Assembly (NCBI GenBank): GCA_013286045.1
Contig: JABDGM010000011.1
Span: 1,944-65,943, forward strand
DNA from: Planctomycetota bacterium
GTDB taxonomy: Bacteria; Planctomycetota; Planctomycetia; Pirellulales; Lacipirellulaceae
Length of the DNA stretch: 64,000 bases
Direction: 5' to 3'
Shown: in pieces, positions 27,791 to 36,128 of the stretch
Numbering within the stretch: the stretch's first letter is position 1
Layout of the letters: each line of letters opens with the position of its first letter
The notes under the pieces: generated by a model
Seen by the model: the letters and a program-made list of their open reading frames with translations, nothing else
Told to the model about the DNA's origin: nothing
Database searches by the model: none
Position numbers and translations under genes: made by a program

Positions 27791-28783
27791 ATGAGTATCG
27801 AGCTGCATCACACTAGGATCGGCTCATGGCCGGCGGTCATCTTGCAAAACGACGCGATGCGGGTCATCGTGGTCCCCGAAATCGGTGCAAAAATCATTTC
27901 ACTGCAATCGCTTCGCAATGGCCGCGAGTGGCTGTGGAAGAATCCACACCTGCCTCTGATTAAGCCGCCGCTCGATGCGATCGATTTCGGCGCCTCCGAC
28001 GCCGGCGGTTGGGACGAAGTGTTTCCCACCGTCAATCCTTGCCGAGTACCAACTTCCGCTTGGGGCGATCGCACGCTGACTGATCACGGCGAACTCTGGT
28101 TTCGATCATGGCATGTTCTAGCCGCCCGCGTCGATTCGCAAAATGTGGCGTTACTTACGCTCGCCGTTGATGAGCCCGATTTGCCATTTCGGTTCGAACG
28201 CACTTTGACGCTGTCATCAGGATTAGGTCCCCTCGCGGCGAGTTACTCTCTAACGAATAAATCCAACGTTCCGATGCCCTTCATCTGGGCTGCGCACCCG
28301 CTTATAGCAATTGAACCTGGCGATATATTCGACCTGCCGAAGGGAACGCGAATTAGCTCTACGGGATGCGTTGGCGTCGACCTCGCCCCCGATGTGAAGG
28401 AATTTGAATGGCCAAGTGTGACGCTGGCGTCCGGCAAAACGCTAGACCTCAGCCACGCACCTGCGCGAAGCGCTCGTTTCGCGATCAAGCTTTTTGCCCA
28501 AGATGTTTCCAGTGGCACGATTGAAATTGCCGATCGAGCCAAACGCGAGGCATTGCGTTTGTCCTCTAATTCACCCTATGTGCAGCATTTGGGACTGTGG
28601 CTCAACTTCGGTGCCTGGTCCGGCGCTAATACGCAGCCCTATTACAACGCTGGCATCGAGCCGACAAACTTTCCGCAAGACGACCTGAGTGCTAGTTTGG
28701 GCAATTGTGCACCAGAGCTACTCCCTAGCGCGACCAGGAGTTGGGCGCTAACGATCTCCATCAATCGAAGCGGCGAGTACTAG
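27791..28783 (+). CDS. Aldose-1-epimerase (galactose mutarotase)-fold protein
   Basis: Mutarotase-like pattern: VVPEIGAKIISL..NGREWLW..., DHGELWFRSWHV, and FIWAAHPLI (HP.F-type strand). Context is downstream of a sugar porter. The assignment is by pattern only. Confidence 0.55.
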   Translation: MSIELHHTRIGSWPAVILQNDAMRVIVVPEIGAKIISLQSLRNGREWLWKNPHLPLIKPPLDAIDFGASDAGGWDEVFPTVNPCRVPTSAWGDRTLTDHGELWFRSWHVLAARVDSQNVALLTLAVDEPDLPFRFERTLTLSSGLGPLAASYSLTNKSNVPMPFIWAAHPLIAIEPGDIFDLPKGTRISSTGCVGVDLAPDVKEFEWPSVTLASGKTLDLSHAPARSARFAIKLFAQDVSSGTIEIADRAKREALRLSSNSPYVQHLGLWLNFGAWSGANTQPYYNAGIEPTNFPQDDLSASLGNCAPELLPSATRSWALTISINRSGEY

Positions 28784-28865
28784 TTGCCTCTATCGCTTGG
28801 GGCGCTCGCGCCCGTACAAGATGCCACAACCCACATCGTCTTCAATGCGCCGCGGGTTTGCCGCC

Positions 28866-29585
28866 TTAGAACCCGGGCGTCATTAAAGTTTCGCTGCCGC
28901 TATACGTTGATAGCGCCTGCCAGATGCCTACTGTGCTTTGACCATGCTGCGTTGAATCGATGTCATTGGTGATAAAATGCGTGCTGCCGTCAATCATCAC
29001 GACATTCACGCCGCCTGAATGGGCGCTGCATGCCGAAAGCTTGTGGGCGCCAGGCCAGTCAGGGGTTGTCGTACATGGCGCGTTGGGATTCTTGTCATCG
29101 ACAGCACAGTACCGGGCGCGATCCGGATACGAACTATTGGGTGGCTCGGAATGGAGGTACAGGCAGCCGCCGCCCCAATGCAGGCAGCCACGCATATCTC
29201 GACCTGGCTCTTTACGCAGCTCGGCAAAGCCGACGGTGTGACTTATACCGTCTGTCTCCTGGCTCAGCTTGAGCGGTCGATCGGGGAGATACGGACCGTG
29301 GCCAGCTAAGGCGGAGTGGATCGGGCGTCCCCCGCTGGGATACGTCACGCCGTTTTTGCATGCCGGGTAACCAGCCGCATTATTACCGATCATTTGCCAG
29401 TCGGGTTCGTTCATCCAAATTCCGCAATCTTCGAATCTCGGCCCCGGGTCTGACCAACCGGAATTATGGCGGAAAAATGCCACTAAGGTTTTGCGGACGT
29501 CTTTTTCCGCGGGCGCGCCCAAAACCTTAGCTGATTTATCTGAATCATCATCGACCCGCTGACCGTACCAGCGAACTAGGTTCAA
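28866..29585 (-). pseudogene. 5'-truncated DUF1559 gene (prepilin-type N-terminus missing)
   Basis: The C-terminus has the DUF1559 H-X9-DG type motif (HSGGVNVVMIDGSTHFITNDID). The ORF begins at a TTG with a stop two codons upstream. It lacks the FTLVELLVVIAIIGIL.. segment seen in the intact paralog at 18658..19755. The frame breaks exactly at repeat R1 (29581). Confidence 0.6.
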
Positions 29586-29602
29586 ATCCTAATTCCCCAG
29601 CT
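29581..29602 (+). repeat. Direct repeat R1, left copy (TTCAAATCCTAATTCCCCAGCT); candidate att core
   Basis: Matches 49790..49811 at 21 of 22 positions in the same orientation. It begins with a tRNA T-loop-like TTCAAATCC. Confidence 0.6.
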
Positions 29603-29608
29603 CTTAAG

Positions 29609-29666
29609 CTTCGCTCCAAGTTGTTACGGATCAACAACTTCTCTCAGCGAAGTTTTTTTCATTTTT
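29609..29666 (+). terminator. Rho-independent terminator-like hairpin + T-tract with no upstream plus-strand gene
   Basis: Two-tier stem: CTTCGCT(29609-15)/AGCGAAG(29646-52) and AAGTTGTT(29618-25)/AACAACTT(29633-40). It is followed by TTTTTTTCATTTTT. Confidence 0.55.
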
Positions 29667-29668
29667 AG

Positions 29669-29696
29669 AATCCGACACACATCCGACACAGCACGG
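29669..29696 (+). repeat. Direct repeat R2, left copy (AATCCGACACACATCCGACACAGCACGG); candidate integrase arm-type site
   Basis: Matches 49626..49653 at 27 of 28 positions in the same orientation. Internally it is two tandem ATCCGACACA 10-mers. It lies 85 nt upstream of the integrase remnant. Confidence 0.6.
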
Positions 29697-29781
29697 CGCA
29701 TGGATTGTGCTTGGGTCGATGGCGCTTTCTAAGACAGCCTACTACGATTCACTTGCCTCAAATTTGGGGCAGGGTACCGTC

Positions 29782-30069
29782 ATGGCTAGTCTCTTCTTTG
29801 ACGAAGCGTCGGAGCACTTTTATGTCCGCTTTCGGTACGCCGGACGGTCGTTCAAGCGATCCCTTGAGACCAGCAATAAAAAACTTTCCCGAGCCCAAGC
29901 TTCGCGAGTCGAAGAAACTCTGATCCTTCTTAAGAATGGCCGCCTAACAATTCCCCCGCATGCGATCCGGCCGCTTTCATTGTTTCTGATGGACGCAGGA
30001 CCTCGTTTGAGTCTCCAAAGCTTCCGACACTCGTGGAAGTTACCACGGCATTTAAGGCCGCACGGATAA
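29782..30069 (+). pseudogene. Tyrosine-integrase N-terminal fragment (about 95 codons, then stop)
   Basis: MASLFFDEASEHFYVRFRYAGRSFKRSLETSNKKLSRAQASRVEETLILLKNGRLTIPP resembles the arm-binding/N-terminal region of site-specific integrases (..Y.RFRY.GK...SL.T.....A......E..L..L..G....P). No core-binding or catalytic domain follows. Confidence 0.5.
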
Positions 30070-30100
30070 CTATGTTGCCGGCGAGGGCTCATCCGTATTC

Positions 30101-30310
30101 ATGGCCGCTCCAGGAGCACTTGGCAACATCAGTCGGAGCGTGGTTCTGAAGCCACGAATCTCCGTGTGCGAAGAAGCATTTGCTCATTATGTGATCGCGC
30201 ATGAATTTGCTCATGCTTACTTGCGAAATGGGCCGTGGGGTAACATCTTCGACCCGGAAGACGCGGCCGACGCGTTGGCAGCATCTTGGGGATTTCCGCG
30301 GCCAGTATGA
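30101..30310 (+). CDS. Small HExxH metallopeptidase-like ORF, probably a C-terminal fragment (ImmA/IrrE-like)
   Basis: Contains VIAHEFAHAYL (HExxH) and, downstream, EDAADALAASWGF (E..AD..A..WGF). Only 69 aa, with an upstream in-frame stop at 30053. Confidence 0.4.
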   Translation: MAAPGALGNISRSVVLKPRISVCEEAFAHYVIAHEFAHAYLRNGPWGNIFDPEDAADALAASWGFPRPV

Positions 30311-30343
30311 ATAAGGCGCCGGAACGATTCGAGTGAAAACGCT

Positions 30344-30823
30344 CTAGCATTTCTTAAGGCATCGTGTGAGTGTTCGGTCCAATGTATTTGCGAAGGTTTG
30401 AAGATGCTTTTTAGTGAGCGGACTGGGGCCACGGGTATCAATCCCTTCCGATCGGAATTGCTCCATCAAGTCGCGTGAAGCTAGCCGGTCATGCACACTG
30501 TTCTCGTCAAACAGCTCGCCGCGAACGCCGATAGCAATCGCTGAGTTTTCGACTACGCGAGCAGCCAGTGGTATGTCACCAGTGATCACCACATCCCCGG
30601 GTGCAAGCATCTCAACAATCTTGTCGTCAGCGATATTAGCACCTTCGGGGACAGTAATCAGTCGGATCAATTTACCCGATGGAACATGCATCGACTGGTT
30701 GGCGACCAGTGTCAGCCCCACCTGTAATCGGCGCGCTGTTCGATAGAGAATCTCCTTGATGGGAGCAGGGCATGCATCTGCATCAACCCAGATTTGGAAG
30801 GGATTATTTCCAGGAGTGTTCAT
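30344..30823 (-). CDS. yaiI: YaiI/YqxD family protein (UPF0178, DUF188)
   Basis: IWVDADACPAPIKEILYRTARRLQVGLTLVAN...LITVPEGANIADDKIVEMLAPGDVVITGDIPLAARVVE matches the UPF0178 signature (VDADACP...I.....R........VAN..........V..G.D.AD..I......GD.V.T.DI.LA). Confidence 0.85.
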   Translation of the reverse strand: MNTPGNNPFQIWVDADACPAPIKEILYRTARRLQVGLTLVANQSMHVPSGKLIRLITVPEGANIADDKIVEMLAPGDVVITGDIPLAARVVENSAIAIGVRGELFDENSVHDRLASRDLMEQFRSEGIDTRGPSPLTKKHLQTFANTLDRTLTRCLKKC

Positions 30824-31340
30824 AAGGCTGAACTAACCTAGTCATCGATTCACCAATAAGGTCCAAACCCGCCGCAAATTCTCGGCTCATCCGTTGAGTG
30901 TCGAGTCAACGTCCGCATTAACTACCGGTGCCTTTTCTTGGACTCAAAATTCAGTAACCGCAAGGTCGTGGCGGATCAAGTCCTCTCTCCGGTACTTAAT
31001 TGTCTGCAAAACTTTAACACGTGTGGCCTGCGAACAAAACGTCGCAGGCCACACGCGGATACCGGGGGCAATTCCGGGCCAGCACCGACCTTCGGCGCAG
31101 CAACACTGGCATGGCCGTCCATCCACCATTTTGACACTTAGCGTTTAGCAAATGGTCGATTTTTGGTGCGTCTCGCGTGTGAGCTGTCGTGACGAGCTAA
31201 TAGCACTAAGTTTGAGTTCGCTTCAGCATGTCGCCACCCGAGTGACCGGACGTGTGATGAGGACTCGTTAGAAACCGCCGCCAATTTTTGGAGCGGCCCC
31301 GACTGACGTGCCACCTTCAAACGAGGCCCACGACCGAAGC

Positions 31341-31473
31341 GAGAATCTATTGGTGGTCGCTCACCCAGGTCAGTTGCGGCTCATCTTCAAAGATCAAGAA
31401 TAATCGCAACCACGCAGAACGATTAGCGAAGTTGATATACCGTGGAGAGGTCCCGACTGTGCATGTACCCTCG
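31341..31473 (+). mobile_element. Degraded IS110-family transposase fragment (frameshifted)
   Basis: Two adjacent frames read ENLLVVAHPGQLRLIFKDQ and KIKNNRNHAERLAKLIYRGEVPTVHVPS. Together they resemble the IS110 DEDD-domain segment (V.VVNP.Q...F....K.KTD..DA..LA.L.R.G.L..V.VPS). No complete transposase ORF is present. Confidence 0.4.
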
Positions 31474-31492
31474 CTTGTGCGGACTTGGCCGG

Positions 31493-34400
31493 CTAAGGGG
31501 GCGATTTGATAAGCGGCGGTGACGTTTGCTCAAGAATTTGAACCGCCTCGTCAATGCCAACGCTCCGCACGACTTCGGCATCAGATCGATCGATGGCGTA
31601 AACAAATGCACCAGCGTCATCCGTGCAATAGCCAGCGTCAAGCACGTGAGCGGCGTGATTAAGTACCTCCAATACATGACCATCTTCCAAGTCCGCTACT
31701 ACCATGCTACCTAACGTCCCAGTGGCACCGTTTGGCAGGAATCCCAAAAACCTGGTTCCAACCGGAGAGATAGCTTTCGGAGCTACCGCCGTGCGAATCT
31801 CCGATTGTAGCTGACCATCTCTCACTCGGTACGAACGCAACAGATTTGATTTCAAACCAATGAATATGAGCTTGCCGTCGGGCGAAAAAGCAGCACTCAT
31901 TATCGGAGCATCCAATTTGAAATGAGATATCTCCTTGCCGTCGTGAATGTCCCAAATGATGAAATCGCCAGGCTGATCATATCGCCCAGCGCCGAACAAC
32001 GGCGGATCCTGGCAGGTGGCAAAGGTACTGCGGTTGTCCAACTCGAGTTCGTATTTTTTTGCCCCGTTATCGATGCGGTACCCAGCAAGTCTTCCTTTCG
32101 CGCCGCAGGCTACGGTATTCCCATCGGGGGATAATACGATTTGTCTATTGGTGAGGCCATGAATACCGCCAAGCTCCTTGAAATCCAACTCGCCAACCAA
32201 TGGCAATACCCGAGATTCTTTTTCTATCGAAGGACCGGATTCATACACCCGCACGATTTTTCGAAAATACGTTGCTGCATCACTGGTGTCGCCGGAAGTT
32301 TCCTGCCATCGCACTGCCACGTGCCTGCCATCGGGAGTCCCGGTAACACCCCAAACATGGAATGCGCGGCCTGGTAAGGCACCTGGCGGTTCCACCCGAA
32401 CTTGAACAGTTTGGTTCGAATGGAAATTGATGATTTGCAGGGCGCTCTCCGTCGCAAACAGTGCGTTTCCACCTGCCATTCCGACGCTCCAACTGTTCAT
32501 AGGCATCCTGTTCGATGTTTGCCCGCGCGTTGAAGATTGGGTCTTGCCAAAAACCACGATTTCCCGATCTCCGGCTAAGGCCAGAGATTGGCTGGCGGCG
32601 TCGAAGGCCAACAACTTAGGAGCCTCAGCCCGCTGTGGCCATAACGAGTGATAACGGGCGAAGCTGGCGTGGGAAGTTTTTTGCGCGATTTGGGCGTCAG
32701 ACTCGTTGCTTGGCTCCGAATTCGTTTTCTCAAAGTTGGTTGGGAAGGAACTGATCAAGTCGTTTGACACCAGCGAAATACCAGCCACTCCGCTGCTGAT
32801 CGCCACACCCTCCAATCGAGTTTCGGGGGCGTACAAAATGTTCTGAAAAGTGTAGGTGCGGACGGTTGAGTCGTTGATATCGAGCCAGGCTAATTCAGAA
32901 GTCTCGCTGGATGAAATTGGATTGACAATTCCGACAACGTTGTCGTCGGATTGTAGTCGGAGGACATTCGCCTCTAATGAAAACGTTCGTATCTCATTCG
33001 TTGCCCACTTCCACAGCGATCTTTTCTCGGTCCACTGCCCGACAGGATCGAACAGCACTGCACTGCCTGAGGGGGAAATATCAATGCTTGGTCCGCGTGA
33101 ATACCCCTGAGCTAAGGGGAATTGATGTTCGGCCAGCTGCTGCGCAGCGTCATCGAACACGCTTACAGTGCCCTTCACGTCGAGAATCACTAAGTGCTTG
33201 CCGTTGGCGTCCGATCGAATGGCGACAACGCTGGCAGGCATTTGGCATAAGCCACACGGCTGCAGTTCCGGTAGAGAATAAATGGCAACTTGGCCTTCGG
33301 TAGTGGAAATGGCAAGCCGATCGGGCCCCATGCTGCAAGTCAGCCCACCATCGGCTAAGAGTTTTGAGCTGCTGATTTGCTGGCCATCAACTGCCGAGTA
33401 GACCGTGATGAAGTCTCCTGCGGAAACCACAAGCCATTTCGGGCCGCTACCAACGAAGCTTCCCCAGCGAGGAGCTGTTTCGCAGAAAATACGAGCCGCC
33501 GGTTGCCAGTCTTTTCTGGCTTCAGCCACAATCGTGGCCAGCAGGCGCCCATACTCCCACATTGGTTTGCTTTTGATGGCTGACGTGATTTGTTCATAGG
33601 CATCGTTCAGCCTACCTTGGCTAATCGCATATTGAGCGCCCACATAATTGACCAGTCGTTTCGAAGCATCCGCTTCCTCACTCGCCAGTTCGGCTTGCTG
33701 ATCGGCACGCTGTGCTTCGCGATCAGCGGCTTTGCGGGCCGTCACAGCGTCGTCGCGCGCTATCTCGGCTTCAGCTCGCTGCTGCCGGGCCTGTAACAAG
33801 CCCAGGCTCGTGCCAATGATGCCCACTACCAGTGCCAACATCACAGCCGCCGTCAACGAAACCACCACCGGATTTCGGCGGCACCAGCGGACGAAACGCT
33901 CTTTGGTGCTCGAACGGCGCGCTAAAATCGTCCGATCGGCTAGATAGCGGCCCAGGTCTTCAGCCATTTCCTCAGCGGTGTGATAGCGGGCGGCCGGCTC
34001 TTTGGCAATCGCCTTGAGGACGATCGTTTCCAAATCTCGTGGAATGGTCGGATCGATTTTGGTGGGCGCCTTCGGAAGCTGATGTAAAATCTGATCCACC
34101 AGCTGTCCCCGACTGTTGCTTTCCTGGAACGTGTGCAGCGTCAATAACTCGTACAGCGTCGCGCCGAGACCGTAGATGTCGCTACGGCGGTCCAGGACGC
34201 CTTCGAGCCGCTCCGGAGCCATATAACGCAGCGTCCCGAGAAAATCGCCCGTTTCGGTGAGGTCGTCATTGCCTTCGAGTTTGGCTAGGCCGAAATCCGT
34301 GACCCAGATATTGCCCTCCGCATCGAGCAACAAGTTGGATGGCTTGATATCGCGATGGAGTATGCCCTCTCGATGGGCATAGGAGATGGCTTCTGCGGCT

Positions 34401-35044
34401 TGCAAACCGACATGGGCGACGTGGCGATAATAGTCGCGACTCGAACGTCGCCAACCCGGAAGCTCGGTCAAAATATTGGATTTTGCGGACGACGGCTCAC
34501 CTCTTTCATCTTCGCGGTCAAAGTCGCGAAGCGCGCACACAACTTCGTGCAGGCTTCGGCCATGGATAAACTGCATCGCGTAGAAGTGCAGTCCATTGAA
34601 TTCACCGACACCGAACACCGGCACAATATGGGGGTGCTGCAGTCGTGCGGCTGCGCGGGCCTCGAATCGGAATCGCTCCAAGTGTTTCGGATTCAAGAGA
34701 GCCGGTTGCAATAAAACTTTCAGGGCCACGTGGCGGCCGAGCGATTCCTGCATTGCCTCATAAACAATCCCCATGCCGCCGCGGCCAACTTCCCGGACGA
34801 TCGTAAAATCGCCGATTTCGCGAAGTGACGGCGGAATACAGCCGTCATCTGGAACGCACGCCGCCGCGTGTTTCTCGAGAAGCATGATCGACGGCAACAC
34901 TTTGGCTAGCTCGGTCGCCAAGCTGGGAAACTGCTCGATGTATCCCCTCAGACTAAGCGCCTCGCCGGCACGCAAGCGAGCAACAAACAATTCGACCGCC
35001 TGTTCAAGTTCGTCGCCGCTATCGACCAGAGACTCGTTTGTCAC
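31493..35044 (-). CDS. Ser/Thr protein kinase with TM helix, coiled coil and a large beta-propeller-like C-terminal region
   Basis: Hanks motifs GRGGMGIVYEA, HVALKVL, HRDIKPSNLLL, DFGLAK and YMAPE. TM helix VVVSLTAAVMLALVVGIIG. The C-terminal ~750 aa show WD40/propeller-like periodicity. The GTG start overlaps the sigma-factor stop (GTGA at 35041-35044). Confidence 0.9.
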   Translation of the reverse strand: MTNESLVDSGDELEQAVELFVARLRAGEALSLRGYIEQFPSLATELAKVLPSIMLLEKHAAACVPDDGCIPPSLREIGDFTIVREVGRGGMGIVYEAMQESLGRHVALKVLLQPALLNPKHLERFRFEARAAARLQHPHIVPVFGVGEFNGLHFYAMQFIHGRSLHEVVCALRDFDREDERGEPSSAKSNILTELPGWRRSSRDYYRHVAHVGLQAAEAISYAHREGILHRDIKPSNLLLDAEGNIWVTDFGLAKLEGNDDLTETGDFLGTLRYMAPERLEGVLDRRSDIYGLGATLYELLTLHTFQESNSRGQLVDQILHQLPKAPTKIDPTIPRDLETIVLKAIAKEPAARYHTAEEMAEDLGRYLADRTILARRSSTKERFVRWCRRNPVVVSLTAAVMLALVVGIIGTSLGLLQARQQRAEAEIARDDAVTARKAADREAQRADQQAELASEEADASKRLVNYVGAQYAISQGRLNDAYEQITSAIKSKPMWEYGRLLATIVAEARKDWQPAARIFCETAPRWGSFVGSGPKWLVVSAGDFITVYSAVDGQQISSSKLLADGGLTCSMGPDRLAISTTEGQVAIYSLPELQPCGLCQMPASVVAIRSDANGKHLVILDVKGTVSVFDDAAQQLAEHQFPLAQGYSRGPSIDISPSGSAVLFDPVGQWTEKRSLWKWATNEIRTFSLEANVLRLQSDDNVVGIVNPISSSETSELAWLDINDSTVRTYTFQNILYAPETRLEGVAISSGVAGISLVSNDLISSFPTNFEKTNSEPSNESDAQIAQKTSHASFARYHSLWPQRAEAPKLLAFDAASQSLALAGDREIVVFGKTQSSTRGQTSNRMPMNSWSVGMAGGNALFATESALQIINFHSNQTVQVRVEPPGALPGRAFHVWGVTGTPDGRHVAVRWQETSGDTSDAATYFRKIVRVYESGPSIEKESRVLPLVGELDFKELGGIHGLTNRQIVLSPDGNTVACGAKGRLAGYRIDNGAKKYELELDNRSTFATCQDPPLFGAGRYDQPGDFIIWDIHDGKEISHFKLDAPIMSAAFSPDGKLIFIGLKSNLLRSYRVRDGQLQSEIRTAVAPKAISPVGTRFLGFLPNGATGTLGSMVVADLEDGHVLEVLNHAAHVLDAGYCTDDAGAFVYAIDRSDAEVVRSVGIDEAVQILEQTSPPLIKSPP

Positions 35045-35688
35045 AACAAATCCTCCCCTCCGGACATGGCGACGATTACCTCTTTGAGGCGAATGAGTGC
35101 CCGCGTGTACCGCTTACTCGCCGTGGACTTATCGAGGTCAAGGACCTGGGCTGCCTCACCGTTGGAGAGTTGTTCGAAGTGTCGCAGCACGAGAATCTCG
35201 CGGTCGATCGGATCAAGCGCATCGAGCGCATCTTGAAGTCGCCTTTGTTCCTCCATACGGATGGCAGCCTGGCTCGGCGTGGAAATGTTGGCAAGGAGAT
35301 TAGCCGCCAGGTCGGCCGTGGATGCTTCCGGGAATTTGCCTTGATACAGCGAAACGTCGCGACTGGCATCGCGCGCTTGGGCGCCGAGATGGCGTCGGTG
35401 TTGTTCCATCAGCCGCTGACCTACGATCCATCGCAGCCACACGAAGAAGGGAACGGACGGATTCTTCGTGTACTCGTGCAGCCGCTGTGCCGCCTCGACG
35501 TATGACTCCTGAATCACATCCGACGGATCGATCCGTCCCTGCAAGCGACGATCCATGCGAAGCGAAATCATCCGTCGCAACCGCAATCGGTTATCGCTCA
35601 AGAGGCGCTCCCAGGCCTGGTTGTCTCCCTGCGCCGCACGGTCGACCAACGCGGGTGTTTCATTCGATTTTAGGCCATCCTCGTCCAT
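35041..35688 (-). CDS. ECF-type RNA polymerase sigma-70 factor (planctomycete kinase-associated type)
   Basis: Region 2 (RIDPSDVIQESYVEAAQRLHEY..FFVWLRWIVGQRL) and region 4 HTH (REILVLRHFEQLSNGEAAQVLDLDKSTASKRYTRALIRLKE). It is translationally coupled to the downstream kinase. No anti-sigma gene is present. Confidence 0.9.
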   Translation of the reverse strand: MDEDGLKSNETPALVDRAAQGDNQAWERLLSDNRLRLRRMISLRMDRRLQGRIDPSDVIQESYVEAAQRLHEYTKNPSVPFFVWLRWIVGQRLMEQHRRHLGAQARDASRDVSLYQGKFPEASTADLAANLLANISTPSQAAIRMEEQRRLQDALDALDPIDREILVLRHFEQLSNGEAAQVLDLDKSTASKRYTRALIRLKEVIVAMSGGEDLL

Positions 35689-36128
35689 GCTCCTAATATA
35701 GAGAACTGAGTGACGGAGCCGGACGGGCGAAAAACCCGGGAGATAGCGTCTCCGTCGGTGGTTGGTCGGCGACCGCCGAGGCCAAAGGCAGCGATCAGCA
35801 GGGACTTAAATGCCCTCGCAGACTCACGCTTTAGCCCGAAAACCGAAAAAACTCGGGAATTTTGGCGTTTGCGCCGGTTATTCCTGTCCCCAATCAACTT
35901 CCTCTCGCAATTAGTACTAGTTGGGGGTTTTCGTAATCTTAGCCCTTAGCGAAAAGCGGTATCCGCCGGCAACCGACACGCCGCGAATCGAAAATCTAGT
36001 TGACGCAAGTCTCGTCGCCGGCTGCGGCGCGGCGATTTTCGTCTTCTTCGGTGGGCGGCGTGCTCGCCAATCATTCTCGCGAGGCTGAAATCACTATCAG
36101 CCGCGGCGCTACCTAATTGGGGAACAGC

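Noticed and set aside
29536-29602. Possible tRNA ending at R1-left: 5-bp stem/7-nt loop CGCTG-ACCGTAC-CAGCG (29557-29573), followed by a T-arm-like CTAGG-TTCAAAT-CCTAA.
   Set aside because: There is no D-arm and no 5' acceptor strand (TGGGGAA). Only 2 nt lie between the putative anticodon and T stems. Position 33 would be C rather than U, and one T-stem pair is mismatched. At most it is a tRNA 3'-half remnant, not an intact tRNA gene.
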